DNA of 63,561 bases, counting the filler, from Neolecta irregularis DAH-3 (Eukaryota), in the NCBI GenBank assembly GCA_001929475.1. It is 7 parts of 7 records of this genome, joined end to end, with 100 filler letters (N's around TTAATTAATTAA, not from the genome) between each part and the next. Parts side by side here need not be neighbours in the genome. Positions count along the whole stretch, not along the records: positions 31,497 to 59,965 come from LXFE01003019.1; 6 more parts are not named here. One strand, given 5' to 3'. Positions 36,347-49,601 of the stretch are shown here, one piece after another. Under the pieces are notes generated by a model, which did no database searches, was not told the DNA's origin, and saw only the letters and a list, made by a program, of their open reading frames with translations. Numbering within the stretch: position 1 is the first letter of the stretch; each line of letters begins with the position of its first letter. The position numbers and the translations under genes are program-made.

Positions 36347-37788
36347 TCACTCGAGGCCTTGAATACTCAAAGTAACAACCTCTTCAAGAGTAGAGTTGGG
36401 TGTCATAATACCAGTGCCCTTCTTTTCCCAGCGGAAAAGACAGCCCTGTGCAATTACACCATAGCCTGCTGCGAGACCTAAGATATAATCGCCCTCTTCA
36501 GCTTCATCAGCCTTTCTTTCAATCGTACGTTTCATGATCTGTAAACTAAGCAAGGCTGGAAAACAGATGAACATACCTCAATAGCCGTACAAGCAGCAAC
36601 ATTTCCGATCTCACTGTATACTTCCTGGGCTATGGCAACGTCGGAGTCGGAGAGATCCATTAACTTTGCAACGGCTCTCAATATTGCCGGTCCACCAGGA
36701 TGGATCACCCAATGTTTGATATCCGACCGTTGTAGACCATGCGATTTGAGAAGACTTTGTGCGCAGTCGGCAATTGCTTGGGGAGCCGATTTGATGAGCT
36801 TTGTTGTTAAATATCCCATGTATCCTTCATCAAACATCTATTACGCATCAGTAGTCAAGATTTAAATGAGAACCTACTTCCATCCCCACATGGTCAGTGG
36901 TATCAGGCACCGTCAAGTTGCGATGATCAATCAAGGCAGGAATCAAATTCTGTGAGGGAGAGCTTCGTAAACGGTGATCTGGGCCGACAAGAAGACTGGC
37001 TGAGACGAGATCCCCAAAAAGTGCAGTGGTGAGCAATTGACCACGGAAATGGCCCGCAAACCCATCATATTGGCGTTTTGCAGCTTCCCGGCACACTTTC
37101 TGCACGCCACCCATAAACATTCCCGAGTTAACTTCTACAGCAACGACAAGACAGGCTCCACCAGGGTTAAGGCGGAGATGATCGTGAGCTCGAGCGTAAC
37201 CAGTCATTCCAAATACACATCCGCCTGCAGTGTACTGCATATAATCAACGTCATTCTCAAAGTTCAAAATGGTTCCAAGACGATAAATTGGATGAGGGGC
37301 CAGTAATCCTAAAGAGATGATTAGTTTTGGTTTGCTATACATTTAAGTTTCACACCAGGAACGACAAAGACCAGGCCAGTAATCTCTTGGGAAGCAACCC
37401 CGGCTTCATCCATGCAATTCTGAGCAACAGAACGACTAGCTTCAAGCGCAGGTTCAGTAAAGAAATTGGTAGTATTGTAGTAGCCCATAGGAACGTTGTT
37501 TTCGGCGCAGTACTTTGGATTCATGAGTTTCTTTGGATCACAAGCGAAATATCGGCTGATAGGTCAGAGAAACCAAGAGACCACATACTCCTTGATTTCC
37601 AAACTGTGCACCGTCTTTCTGACCAAGAGGGCTGAATCTGATTGCTTGAATTTAGGAGTGATATCATCGAGGAAGTCGACAAGTATATCAGCGTATTCCT
37701 CTTGACTAACTTTTATATCGAAACGGTGGCTCGAGGAGGCGCATATAAGAGAAGAGTAACCAGGAGTATAGCCATTTCGAACGCGCAT
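36347..37788 (-). CDS. Type III polyketide synthase (chalcone synthase-like), 4 introns
   Basis: Catalytic Cys (AGGCVFG), His (WVIHPGGPAIL), Asn (EIGNV); also VAVEV and ALFGD motifs. Confidence 0.88.
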
Positions 37789-38196
37789 GTTAAAAATTGT
37801 TGCAGATTGTAAGTATATTCGTCACAATTTGAGTGGAAACATCAAGTATTACTTATACAGAGGTGGGCTGCTGAAGGCGTCGTGAGATGGCTTGGCATTG
37901 CTTAATACGCGCCCCTCCTATGACAAAAAGTATGGCCAGCAAAGGAGTGCATCAATTTCGCGTAAACTTTATACCAATAAACCTGGAAGATGGCTGGTCT
38001 TTGATGGGCAGTACAGGAAAATGATATGTCCTGACAGATGATGTTCCTGGGAGCAGGACGAAGAATGTTGCCCTGTCCATCTCTTCCCGTACGTGGCGCA
38101 ATTAATAAAAACGGGACTGGTCCTATCTCAAGTGGTGGCTTAGTATTTTCGATTTGTTTGTATTTCTTGATGCATAAACCATGATTGATAACTATC

Positions 38197-38471
38197 TGTA
38201 ACGATATATCCAGGGTATTACGGGATATATTGTACGGATGCAGCAAAAGGGGTTGTAATGATATATCCGTTAATATCGTTACAGATTGTTATCTCCCGGG
38301 GTATTGCCGGGCGTATATTACAGATGCGGGAAGAGGCGTAGTAAGACATAACATCTAGATAGGGTATATAAAGGCTTAGCTAGCATATCTCAACCTAAGC
38401 GTCTGAGGCCCACTGCTTAGGTTAAGGAAATATAACCCGATCTTATTTGTACACTACGCTCCCAACTTACA
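38197..38471 (+). mobile_element. Complete solo LTR, family B (275 bp)
   Basis: TGTAA..TTACA termini, 5-bp TSD CTATC, TATATAAA at about 38365. Confidence 0.9.
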
Positions 38472-40084
38472 CTATCACTTCTCGAGCGTTTGCCTACGAA
38501 GCAAGGAGGCTTATTCTAAGCAAGTGATCTAATCTACTGTTTGTCACATGACGGTGCTATCTGTTGTGGGATATTCTTAATTCCAATGGCTGAATTACTT
38601 TTTTGAACTGCCAAGAATTTTCCAGTTTTATCGCTTTCAAGTCTTTCACCTTTGTCTTCTTGTTTAGAGCACTTGTCTTTCAATCCTCCGGTGTCTGCAG
38701 GGGCGAGTGGGCAGATGGATTTTTATGCTGTCTGCCTTCTCAGAGATCCAAACCACCCACCTGGAGAGTGCTCCAATCTCAATGACTTTGGTACCGTTGG
38801 AAAGCCCTTGTCGAGGCGTATCCGCCGGTGGGAATTACGTTTTCCTGTGATGTGTTTTGAATACCGCCCTTCCATGTGATGCTTCCTCAAAGGTACCCAT
38901 TTGACTTTCTTGTATTGAATTTGTTGGCAGACCATTAGTTTTGGCTTTAAATTCAGATCCTGATAGTGCTTGTTTCGTTTGAATCCGTTTGTTGGTTGTT
39001 CAACTGTGAATTGATTGCCATTTGCTCTAAGTTATGCTCGCAAGATTTGTCACAAATCATGTGACAGGGTGATCCTGATGATTCGACCTGTGTTCTGTCC
39101 CACCTGTAGTCTACAGGCTGTAGAATCGTCCACCTCACCACCAAATCTGTGACTGTCCTACCTGCAGAAACCTCACCCTTTGATATTAAGTACCCATTTA
39201 TAATGACCCACCTGTGGAATCTTCCAACCTCACCATCAAATCTGTGACTGTCCTACCATGGAGACTTAATCATCCCCAGACTTGCTAATAAGTCTTTCAA
39301 GTAAGGTTTGCTTGCTTACTTTCAGAAAGCAAGTCTGACGGACAAAAATTTGCAAGTAAGTAAGTACAATAACGTAGACTTGCTTGATTGGACTTGATAG
39401 ACTCGACAGTTTAAGACTTTTAATGAGACATTGAATATTTTCTTAATACCTCTACCAAAAGTTGTCTGAGTTGTCCCAGGAGATAATACAATGAAATAAA
39501 TGGGTCAACAAGTGATAGAGATGAGTATGAGGAATGAAAAATCCTGGACCCAGTGCACCCAGATCATCCTTTGGCTGAGGATTGCCGGCCGCCTGCCGGA
39601 AAAATCTAAACTGTCCACCCGCCGGATCCTCTCTGGCAGGTGGGACCTCGCCGGCCGGATTTTTATGCCTCCTGCCTTCACCAAGAGATCCAACCACCGA
39701 CCTGGAGAATGCTCTGGCAGGCTATTAGGTTGTATGGCAGTTTCCTCCATGTGATGCTTCTTCAATGGTCCCCCTTTGACTTTCTTGATTTGAATTTGTT
39801 AGCAGACCATTAGTATCGGCTTTAAACTCTGATCCCGATAGAGTTTGTTTCGTTTGAATACGTTGGTTGGTTGTTCAACTTGTGAATTGATTGCAATTTG
39901 CTCAAAGTTATACTCGCAAGATTTGTCACGGATCACGTGACACCGTGGGATGATACGACATGCACTTTGTTATGTGCAGCATACTTCACCAATGAAAAGA
40001 ATGGCCGATAGAAATCATTTTATGTTAGAAATTTTGGTTATTTAGTGATATTGTATTGCAACTATCGTAATTGTCAAAAATGAC

Positions 40085-40185
40085 GAGCCGCCCGCCTGCC
40101 CACCCGCCTGCCGGAAAGGTTTTGACTCGCCCGCCCACCCGCGGAGATTGATTGACCCCCCTGCCCACAGGAGGGTCTCCGGCGG
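40085..40185. repeat. GC-rich transposon subterminal repeat (also at 31497-31550)
   Basis: CCCGCCC.CCCGC.GGAGATTGATTGA.CCCCC.GCCC....GAGGGTCTCC is shared between the two copies. Confidence 0.65.
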
Positions 40186-40442
40186 GGTCATACTGACCAA
40201 AGCAGCCTGACTGTGGCAAGCAGTACCAACTAGCCAAGTCAGGATGGTCACAAGCTTTGCCACCCAAGAGGTATGCAGGGAGGCAAACCTAGATAAAGTT
40301 CTTCTATAAGTAGGACCTGGCTTGATTAGCAAGCCAGGCCAAACCGGAGCAATAATGTACACAGTTGCCTTAATTTCCAGAATCGCGACCATATTTCCAG
40401 CAAAGCCTGCTGAGCGGCAAGTCCAGACACCCAACGCTTGTA
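40186..40442 (-). mobile_element. Truncated solo LTR, family A
   Basis: Reverse complement AGCGTTGGGTGTCTGGACTTGCCGCTCAG.. matches 25458 onward. Confidence 0.8.
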
Positions 40443-40584
40443 ATTATATGAATAAACATGGCCTAAATTACCTGAGATAATGAAAATATGCAATGTTATT
40501 TATATGATTATACAAACCGATATTGTCAGTAGAAGTAGGAAAGCATTTCGCAAAGGGTGTAATGTACTCACCTGACTATCTCAT

Positions 40585-43500
40585 TTATTGCCCTCTCATA
40601 AATCCAATGACACCTCTACAGTATCCGGCAAGTTTGCTTAGTCTTGCTCTTTCCTTCTCGTGCTCTAGCATCCAATCTTCAAGAGTTGTGATTGTGTTCA
40701 CATCACACTGAGTCATGATGATATCTCCGTGCGCCTTTAGGAAGACGGCCATCCACGCTTGGATAAGTTCGTAATCACGTTTGTTCCTCAGTTGACGTGT
40801 GAGCGACGAGACAAACCATTGGAATTCCTCACTCAAGGTGTTCGTGTTTAAAGATCTAATTTCAAAGTCTGCAGACGATGCCGAAAGGGTTTTAAGGTGT
40901 TCCAGGAAGAAGGTGTCTAATCATCAGGTTCTCAGTTTGAATAACCGTATACAATCATCCTCTCCCGCACCGAGCCGCAAAAGCTCAGTGAACTTGCTCT
41001 CAAATTTCATCACCGTACTGTTCAAAGAAATCAGCTCCTTCGTCGGTGTTACCTTCTGGTTCTTCTCATGAAGTCCTAATTGTGTATCTCGCAAACTGGG
41101 TAGAAAAAAAGGTGCTTTTTCGGGTGCCTTTGGCGGTTCTTTCGGTTTATTACGTTGCTTGCTCTTAGCACCGAAGAATATTGGAGAATACTTTGATAAC
41201 ATCCAAATGTAGAAGCGATTGCCATCGAGACCGAGGAACAAGACTAAGCGTGAGCAGTCCACTAGCCAGCTGATCCAGCGCTTGAAAAGAATTCGGATTA
41301 TCATCCTTGTCCTCTGGCGTCTCGAATGCTGCTTCGAGCGTTCCAATTCCATTTTCGCCAGATATGCTTGGGAGTTCGATTACCGCAATTTCAGACTCTG
41401 AAAGATGTCGTGTCGAGACGTGTTTAAATTGCGCTCTATTTGTCCTTCAAAAAATCAGTCAAGTGCAAAAGCAAAGCGCTTTACCAGAGGTTAATACCAA
41501 GACTGTCAATATGGGTCGTAGCTAAGAACTCGGCATTTTGTGAAAAGTCAAGACTTGTGCAAATCGTGGGAACTTTGAATGCATCGATCAGGTGGCCTGT
41601 TGGAAGATCCCATGTTCGAATAGTTGAATCAAGTGATGCCGAAATAAGCCAGCGGCCATCTGATGAGAAGGTCTGATGAGTCAGCGAAGCGAGTATCATG
41701 AGCAAACGAAATCTGTAATCCGGTTTTGATGGCCCCATAACTCTCTCACACACTTGAAGGTCTCGGTATCAATTACACGTAGTGATAAATCATCGGAAGC
41801 CACCGCAATCAGCTCGGATGACTGATTAATTTGCATCAAATTAACCGCAGCCGGAAAAGTAATTGTCTTAATCAACGTTCCTGTCTTGAATTCCCAGAAC
41901 TATACCCTCAATTTCCATTCATGAAAAACGTATACCTTAACAGTCCTGTCCAAACTCGAAGTAATTACAACTTTAGTTAAAGAATCCGCGACAATACCAG
42001 TAATTCCCTTCGAATGTCCATCGAGAACATGATTAAAGCATTTTCGATGAATTCCGCTTTGCATATTGAATACATCAACAATTCCACCTGCACTCCCAAC
42101 AAATCCAAAATTACCGCACAACGAAAGAGCAACGGCCGATACAGGAGTTTTATCATTCGTTTTAAATGCATGCTTCCCCATTACTTTGCGTGACCAGTTC
42201 CATGTACGAGCAGCTGTGTCATTTTTGTGAGCAGTAAGGATGTTGTCCCAATCTTTCTCGCGAGTAGGACAAGAGGCGACATTAATGATCTCCCCCAACT
42301 TCAACTCGTCAATTTGAATTTTGAGTGATTTGGACTTGGAATGAAGAGAGCCTTGGGAAAGTTCTTGAGACTGTGAATCACGATAGGCTGAAAATCCACG
42401 TAAAGATCGATCTTTAGAGGCAGATAGCAAATAATGGGCATCGGCACCATAATAACGAATCTTTGAAGGAGGAGCGTGATGGCCCCCTCGAGATCTTAAA
42501 AGTCGAGGAGTACCGTCTAAGGAATCAAAGATCCATTCTTGAAGGGAATTGTCCGTTCCTGAAGATAAAAGAAGCGGTTGACCGTTCAAAAAATATATTC
42601 GGCAAATTTCTCCGTTATGCGCGTTGTAAAAGGTATGATTAATCTTCTTGGTCTGAAGATTCCAAAGCGAGATGTCACCTTTGCTATTCGAGGACGCCAT
42701 GATATTATGCCCATCTGTAGCTAAGTAAAGTATTTTTCACCATGAGCGCACCTGTTCTGAAAGAGATAGATGTTACATATTCTTCCTGTTTGAACCGCAT
42801 TAATGTTTGATCTGCTTTGATCTGATGGACAATGATTGAGCCATCTTGCAGGCCGATACCCATAATGTCGACAACAGGCGACTGACATATGGCAGTCACG
42901 GCTTTTCCGAAGAGTTGAGATCGATATCGTAGTTTTCCAGTTTTGATGTTCCAGATTTCGAAGGTGCCATCCGATTTCCCGAGGATAATTTTATTTAGAT
43001 ATGTTGAAGGATGTTCTAGGACGGTAATCTGTGAATTGCTTTTCAGTCCCACATGCGAGTGAATTTCTTCACATTTAGAGGGAGTGCGTAAATGCCTGAT
43101 ACCTCTCGATTTAATCTTCCAGGTGACCAAGTGATCCCGATCAGTAGCTGCGACAATGAAGTCTCCAAATATGATGATATGCTTAATCACACCTGTGTTG
43201 CCAGCGTTGAGACGAAAGTCCTGAGGTTTCAGCTATTTCTTCTCTAGTAATCGAATATACCTCTTTCCCTCTCTTAAACGCGGAAATTACATTGCCGTTT
43301 GCTGCAAAGAAATGGTCTCCATGCGAGACGATTGCTGTAATGTCATATTTGGTGCGACTTGTAACGAACAAAAGATTCAGCTTGGCGCACTAACTATTAG
43401 CAATCAACAGCCTCTGTTATCTATGCATCGTATATCTGTAAAGCCCTTCCAACACACGTTGCCACTAGGTACTGCTTTCCTCGATTTCGAATATCAAACG

Positions 43501-43639
43501 GAACATGATTCGCCACATAACCTATAGATCTAAAAGGCGAGAAGATTCTGGACGGAAATTCTGTTTTTATAGAGACATTCAATTTTGCTGAACTTCTTGA
43601 TTGGGATCTTTTGCGACGTTTGGAGGAAACTTCGGGCAT
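40585..43639 (-). CDS. UTP21: U3 snoRNP WD40 protein Utp21, 9 introns
   Basis: SRIFSPFRSIGYV, HPSTYLNKI, ELSQGS, QRNKPKEPPKAPEKAPFFLPSL, DYELIQAWMAVFLKAHGD. Confidence 0.95.
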
Positions 43640-44164
43640 GGTCAAAATGAGTTCAGTTGTAACTGAGAAAAAGTAGTGAGGGACAGTCAAACCACGTGAC
43701 AAAGATTAGAGATTAGAAAAGGTACATGCTAGCATAGGCTTCCCAGAAAAGGTTGCTTAAAATCAGATGACCTGGTAAATGGAATGTACCGATATCCAAT
43801 CGTAATTGTTCAAAACAGGGTTATGTTTTAGCACCTGCCAAGAATGTTGAAAGTGTTCTTCAGAACGCGGACTGTGAATTTGAATTTAGGCGAAGAATAT
43901 ATACAAACATGATTAACCTAGAGTCCAGGGACATGTGAACTAATTCATCAGCCTTGGCGATTATAAAGGCCTGCCTCTTTCAAGGGTGATCAATGCACAA
44001 AAACATTCTATGACAAAGGCATTCCCATTCGGATGAATTACAGATCAACAGAATTACCTCTGGTTAACCTCTGGCATTTAGCTAATCAAAATCTCCGCAT
44101 TTCAAAGTGAAGATGAGAATGCGTGTATAGCCATCTATTCTTACACGTGACCTTTTAGAGCTAA

Positions 44165-47100
44165 ATGCCTGATATCGGAACGATCGCTATTCTAGCTATG
44201 AGTTTTCCTACGAGTCATTCGAATCAGTCTACGTCGACAGTCTACTCCTCACCGACAACACCTGTTATGAATAAGATCATGAGAATTGGTGTAGCTGCTA
44301 TGGATGCCAAGAGCAGGAGTAAACCATGCCGTCATATCCTTAATAGGATTATTCAGAACAACGAATTTGAAGTCATTGTATTTGGTGATAAGGTCATTCT
44401 CGATGAAGGTACTGTTTCTCCAAGCAATTTAACAGGTAGAGCCAGAGAATTGGCCTGGCTGCGATTTTCTCATCTCGTTCTTCTCTGGGGGCTTCCCTCT
44501 AGATAAAGCTATTAAATACGTCGAACTTCGCAAACCCTACTGCGTTAACGATCTACCGTGTCAGAAACTTCTTTGGGATCGAAGATGCGTTCTGGACCTC
44601 CTAGATTCGATAGGAGTACCGACCCCAAGTCGCATCGAAGTCAACCGTGATGGTGGTCCCACGGTTGATAAGAATGTCATTGAAAAGGTTAGTAGAAAGT
44701 GGGGGTTCAGGTTGGACAAGCCGAGACCTGTACCTGTAGTAGAGATGCTGGATGAAGATACTTTGAGTATCAACGGTGAGATTATCAGGAAACCGTATGT
44801 AGAAAAACCCGTTAGCGGCGAAGACCACAATGTTCATATCTACTTTTCGAAAGAAATGGGAGGCGGAGGAAGACGGTTGTTTCGAAAAGTATACATTACA
44901 CATAAGTTTTCTAACTGTCTAGATTGGCAACAAATCATCGGAATTTGATCCACAAATGTCCTCTCCAAGATCTGAGGGTTCATATATATATGAAGAATTC
45001 ATGTTAGTGAATTGTGCTGAAGATGTTAAAGTTTACACTATCGGCCCATCCTATACACATGCAGAAACTCGAAAATCGCCCGTGGTGGACGGTCTCGTCC
45101 GTCGTAATACTCATGGCAAAGAGATTCGATTTGTGACCGGGCTGACAGACTCTGAACGTCAAATGGCCAATAGAATCACACAAATTTTCGAACAGAACAT
45201 CTGCGGATTTGACCTGCTTCGCGCCAACGGCAAGAGCTACGTTATCGATGTGAATGGATGGTCATTCGTTAAAGATAATGACAAGTACTACGATGATGCG
45301 GCTCGGATTCTTCGTGAGCTCTTTTTTACCGAAGGAATGCGTAGGTCTAGTCAGGTCCCGCTTCTTAACGATATACTTTCCGCACCTCCTAGCGAACAAT
45401 CTAACTGGAGACTGAAATCACTGATAACTGTTCTTCGTCACGCAGATCGAACTCCAAAGCAGAAATTTAAATATACCTTCAAGTCCGCTCCTTTTGTTGA
45501 ATTACTGCAAGGTTATAAAGTTGAAGTCATCTTGCGTAATGAGCAACTGAAATTAGTCGTCAACGCAACTGAAAAGGCTCTTCAACAGAAGTGCGAAGAT
45601 CCAGATAAACTGAATCAGCTCCACATTGTCTTACTTAAAAAGATGGATCTCCCTGGCACAAAAGTGCAGTTAAAGCCTACTTTCCGCCTAAATGGAAAGA
45701 GTTTGGACAAGTTGCAGCTTATCCTGAAATGGGGAGGGGAATTCACTCATGCCGCTCGTTATCAAAGCCGAGATCTGGGCGAGAATTTCAGGAAAGATAT
45801 GATTATCATGAATAGACAGGCATTGGAGGATGTCAGAGTGTTCACAAGCTCCGAGAGAAGAGTCAGTACGAGTGGTATACGACCTACGTTAAGCTATATG
45901 CTAAAACCCCAGCTGAGATCTTTGCGTTATCCTTTCTAGAGAAAGAGTCTCTACCAGAAGGAATTCTGGAAATCAGAAAAGACCTTCTTGATGACAGCAA
46001 TGCAGCGAAAGATATGTGCGATAAAGTATATTCTTGCCCCTTCTTTATATCTGAAAATTAGGTCAAGAAACAACTCAAGAGTCTTCTCCGCGCCGGCGCA
46101 GAAGTTTCTTCAGAATTTACTTGGCCCAAAGACCGGCCTGAACCCAGTGTAGTAATGAAGGAAGTTGTTGAATTAATGCACTTTCATCGAAAGGTGATGC
46201 ATGATAACTTTGAGGGGTTTGGTGATCAGATTGATCTTATTCAAACCAGATGGTGTTGTTCCGAAAATCCCATGCTGTTTAAAGAACGATGGGAGAAACT
46301 GTTTGGGGAGTTCACCGATTCGGAAAAAGTTTGGGTCCTTTTGGAAGAGGCTGCGCTGATTCTCAGAGTGATCCTAGCAAGATTTCTGAACTATATGACA
46401 CAATGAAATATGATGCACTGCATAACCTTCATTTTCTAAAGGGGATATTCATGCCGCCTGGAGAGGATGAGTATGAGGAAATTGATCGAGCTTTCAGTCC
46501 GACCGAATCAAATAGTGAGAAGGAAGAGCGTGAAAAAGAAGAGCTAAATGGGCGCTTGGCTAAGTTGAAGGAGTTGTACAAGCTAGTTAAAATCCTATTT
46601 GAGTATGGGTTTACTTCAGGTATTCTGCTAATGCTAGTCTTGTCGGACCGCAAGAATATGGCATTACCAATGAGGAGAAACTCGATATTGGCTTACTGAC
46701 GAGCATGCCTTTGTTGAAACAGATTGTCCAGGATATTCACGATGCAAAAATTGCGGAACGACCGCAATCGAGATTTTATTTCACGAAAGGTAAATCGTTG
46801 CCATTGCAAACTGTTGAACGATATAGAATCTCACGTGTACACTTTGCTAAATTGCATATTCGAATCTGGAATTCAAACTAAAATTACGCGAAATCAAATT
46901 CCAGAACTAGACTACCTGACCCAAATTTCCTTTGAACTTTACGAGCGTACGAACCAAGTGAATGAAAAAGAATGGAGTATCAAATTAAGTATTTCACCAG
47001 GTTGCCACTCAACAGACCCTCTTGATATGAGCCTCGATGCAAAACACTGCATTGGTTGCGCTCCACGACGATCATTGACTAGACATTTGGACAAGAAGGA

Positions 47101-47182
47101 CGTTGTTAAAGTCCTGGAGAATAAATTTCACCGGGTTTCATTGCCAAAGCGTTTTACTGCGTTGACCTTGAATGAGGGATGA
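44165..47182 (+). CDS. VIP1: Diphosphoinositol pentakisphosphate kinase Vip1/Asp1, 7 introns; start may be 44198
   Basis: [64 protein letters not shown]. Confidence 0.95.
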
Positions 47183-47762
47183 GGGATTATAGACGGGTTA
47201 TAAACAGGGTGGCATATCTCTACCTACTCTAGGTCCTTTGTCAGGTATTAGGTCTTCCTTTGGCTTGGAAGACTAGAAATTATTTGCTATCGCGATAGCA
47301 ACTACGTCAACTTCAGCTTTCATAATGCAGGTTGTATTTTTCACTCGGAAATAGCGGCGATACGCCTATCAACCAGTGGTATTGTAGTGAGTGCATTAAG
47401 AATTTCTACAATGCATTTTTTTCTGCAGGCATTGTCAGTATTTTCTCGAAGTATTAATGGGGCGATAATCTGAACGGCTTTGGCAGGGATCTCACATTTA
47501 ACGTCGACTTATTCACTATCTGGAACAATAGAAATAAAGGTTGCTATTGTTTACCAATAAAACAAGAAACAGAAGACCCTGTAACCCTACAGCCTCTAGA
47601 ACCACCTTTGCCATTGCAATCCTATCCAGGAAATATAGCGGGATATTTGACATCACCGGAATGAGCCTCGAGCCAACGATTTGCTGCTTTGACCGAAAAG
47701 TGCCACGTTATATATAGGAGCGTCTGCCCTCTGAGTAGACTGTCATTTCATCGTATCATAAA

Positions 47763-49178
47763 ATGATAGGAAAATTTACAAAATCACGCCGGCCGCCGCC
47801 CCCTCTACCCGAATCTTGTGCAGATGAGGACAATCAAGAAGCACCATCGATGTCAAACAGCGAAAATGAAAATCCAGATACACTGCCAGGAATGCCATCC
47901 AAACATGCGGAGGAGATTCCCAGCAACGATCGGTCTGAAAACACAGTTCATTCAACGAAGTCCGTTCAAACAGCCCATTCATCATTAACCAATCCTCAAA
48001 TTAGTGCAGTGATCAAGAAAAGAAAGTTACAGCATACCTTGACGTATACGCATACAATTAACGATCTCCCTTCCTTTCTCCGGACACTTCACTCGCCGAA
48101 GAAGATATCGATTCTATTAAGCGAAAAGTGGAGTCTTGATTTCCGACCCCCAACAACCGAAGGTCAAAAGGAGTACATTCCAACTTATCTTACAGCACTT
48201 CCTACATGCGAGGATCTAGAATTTGGAAAATATTGGAGTAGGCCCGTTAATTTTAAACTTGGCTTCACCATTCGCAAGTTGAGCAATAATTCTCCATTTC
48301 ATAAATCTGCGAGTACGCCCGTCATCTCCGCCGCGTTTGATGGTTCTGAAAATCAGAGTTGGGGGTATGAAAAGTTATTGGTCATCGAAGATAAGATCAT
48401 TGAGAAATGCAAACTCGATATCGCTCTAGAGATTCATTATGAAACTTCCTGTCCATCCGTTCCTCCTTTAAAGAAAAGATTAGTGCCTGAGTCGCTTTGT
48501 AATCTTTACGGAATGATGTTAAACAAGCCCCAGTTCGCAGATCTCGTATTGCGTCTACGGCACGACGGCCAAGAGTCCGATTGTTTCGTGAATCGACAGA
48601 TTGTGGTCAGTCGGTCAGAATGGTTCAGAGAGCTTCTCAATGGACCTTTTGAAGAAGGGATGAAGAACATGACAAGAGAGGAAAGCGGGCGAGTATATCC
48701 AGTGGTGAGATTGGACGTTGATGATCTCCGTGGATTTTGGGGAGTAATGTGGTGGATATACACTGATTCAGTCACGTAAATTCTGTTTTTTGCATGAGAT
48801 AGCTAAAAGTTCAGGTTCACACCTATTGAAGACCAACCTGCCCTGATGGAAACAATGTCGTTCGCAGTACCGCCGATCTGTTCTTCAACAGGAATTTACC
48901 ATCTGTCCTGCCTTTATCTTCTCCCTACTCTGCAATCCAAGTCTCTTCAATACCTGATTAAATCTCTCAATATCGAAAACATCATATATGTTACGTTTGA
49001 AGACTCTCTCCGACTACCTTCACGCTACCCTGAAGTTAAGGCTGCATGTGTCGAATGGCTCGGTGAACATTGGGATGAAGTGAAAGTCGATCAACGTTTC
49101 TTAAATGTTTTGGGTGGAGGAGATGTTGGTGAGATCCTAGGAGGTGTGTTTCAAAGGACAAAGAGTTTTCGAAGATGA
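47763..49178 (+). CDS. BTB/POZ-domain protein with upstream MATH-like region, 1 intron
   Basis: FADLVLR..FVNRQIVVSRSEWFRELL.GPFEEG..WWIYTD (BTB), a BACK-like tail, and SWGYEKLL (MATH-like) upstream. Confidence 0.75.
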
Positions 49179-49601
49179 GAAACTATATATTGTGGGGTAT
49201 AAGGAATTCGGGTTGCCTCTTTGGGTAGGTTCTGGTGGGCTAATTACTGATTGATCCTTTACGAGGACCCAGGAATGTCATCAGAATTACAGCCATAAAT
49301 ATATTATCAACTTCTAGACATATACTCTGAGGAAGAGAATATTATCTCACATCTGTCTTTCTTGACCTTATCCCCCAAAATTAGAGCAACCCGAGACGCC
49401 ATTTCTGAACTCGATGTGGAAATGCTGTCGTAGCCTACCGGGCCTTTGTAAGGATTCTCAGTTGTCTTATCCATTGTTGTACTGAAGGTCATTCAGAATT
49501 GTGCGCAAAGAAATTCATGCTTTGACAAATTTGATACAAATACAAAGGACCAATTGGCAAAATTGTTCCCCACAAGATTCCTGTTCAACACATTTACATC
49601 A

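Noticed and set aside
34257-37788. TRM1 + type III PKS as a biosynthetic cluster
   Set aside because: TRM1 is a housekeeping tRNA methyltransferase, and no tailoring, transport or regulator genes are adjacent.
49307-49492. Small ORF between the BTB gene and ARP9
   Set aside because: No recognisable motif, and it starts only about 110 bp after the ARP9 stop; likely 3' UTR, though a small gene is not excluded.
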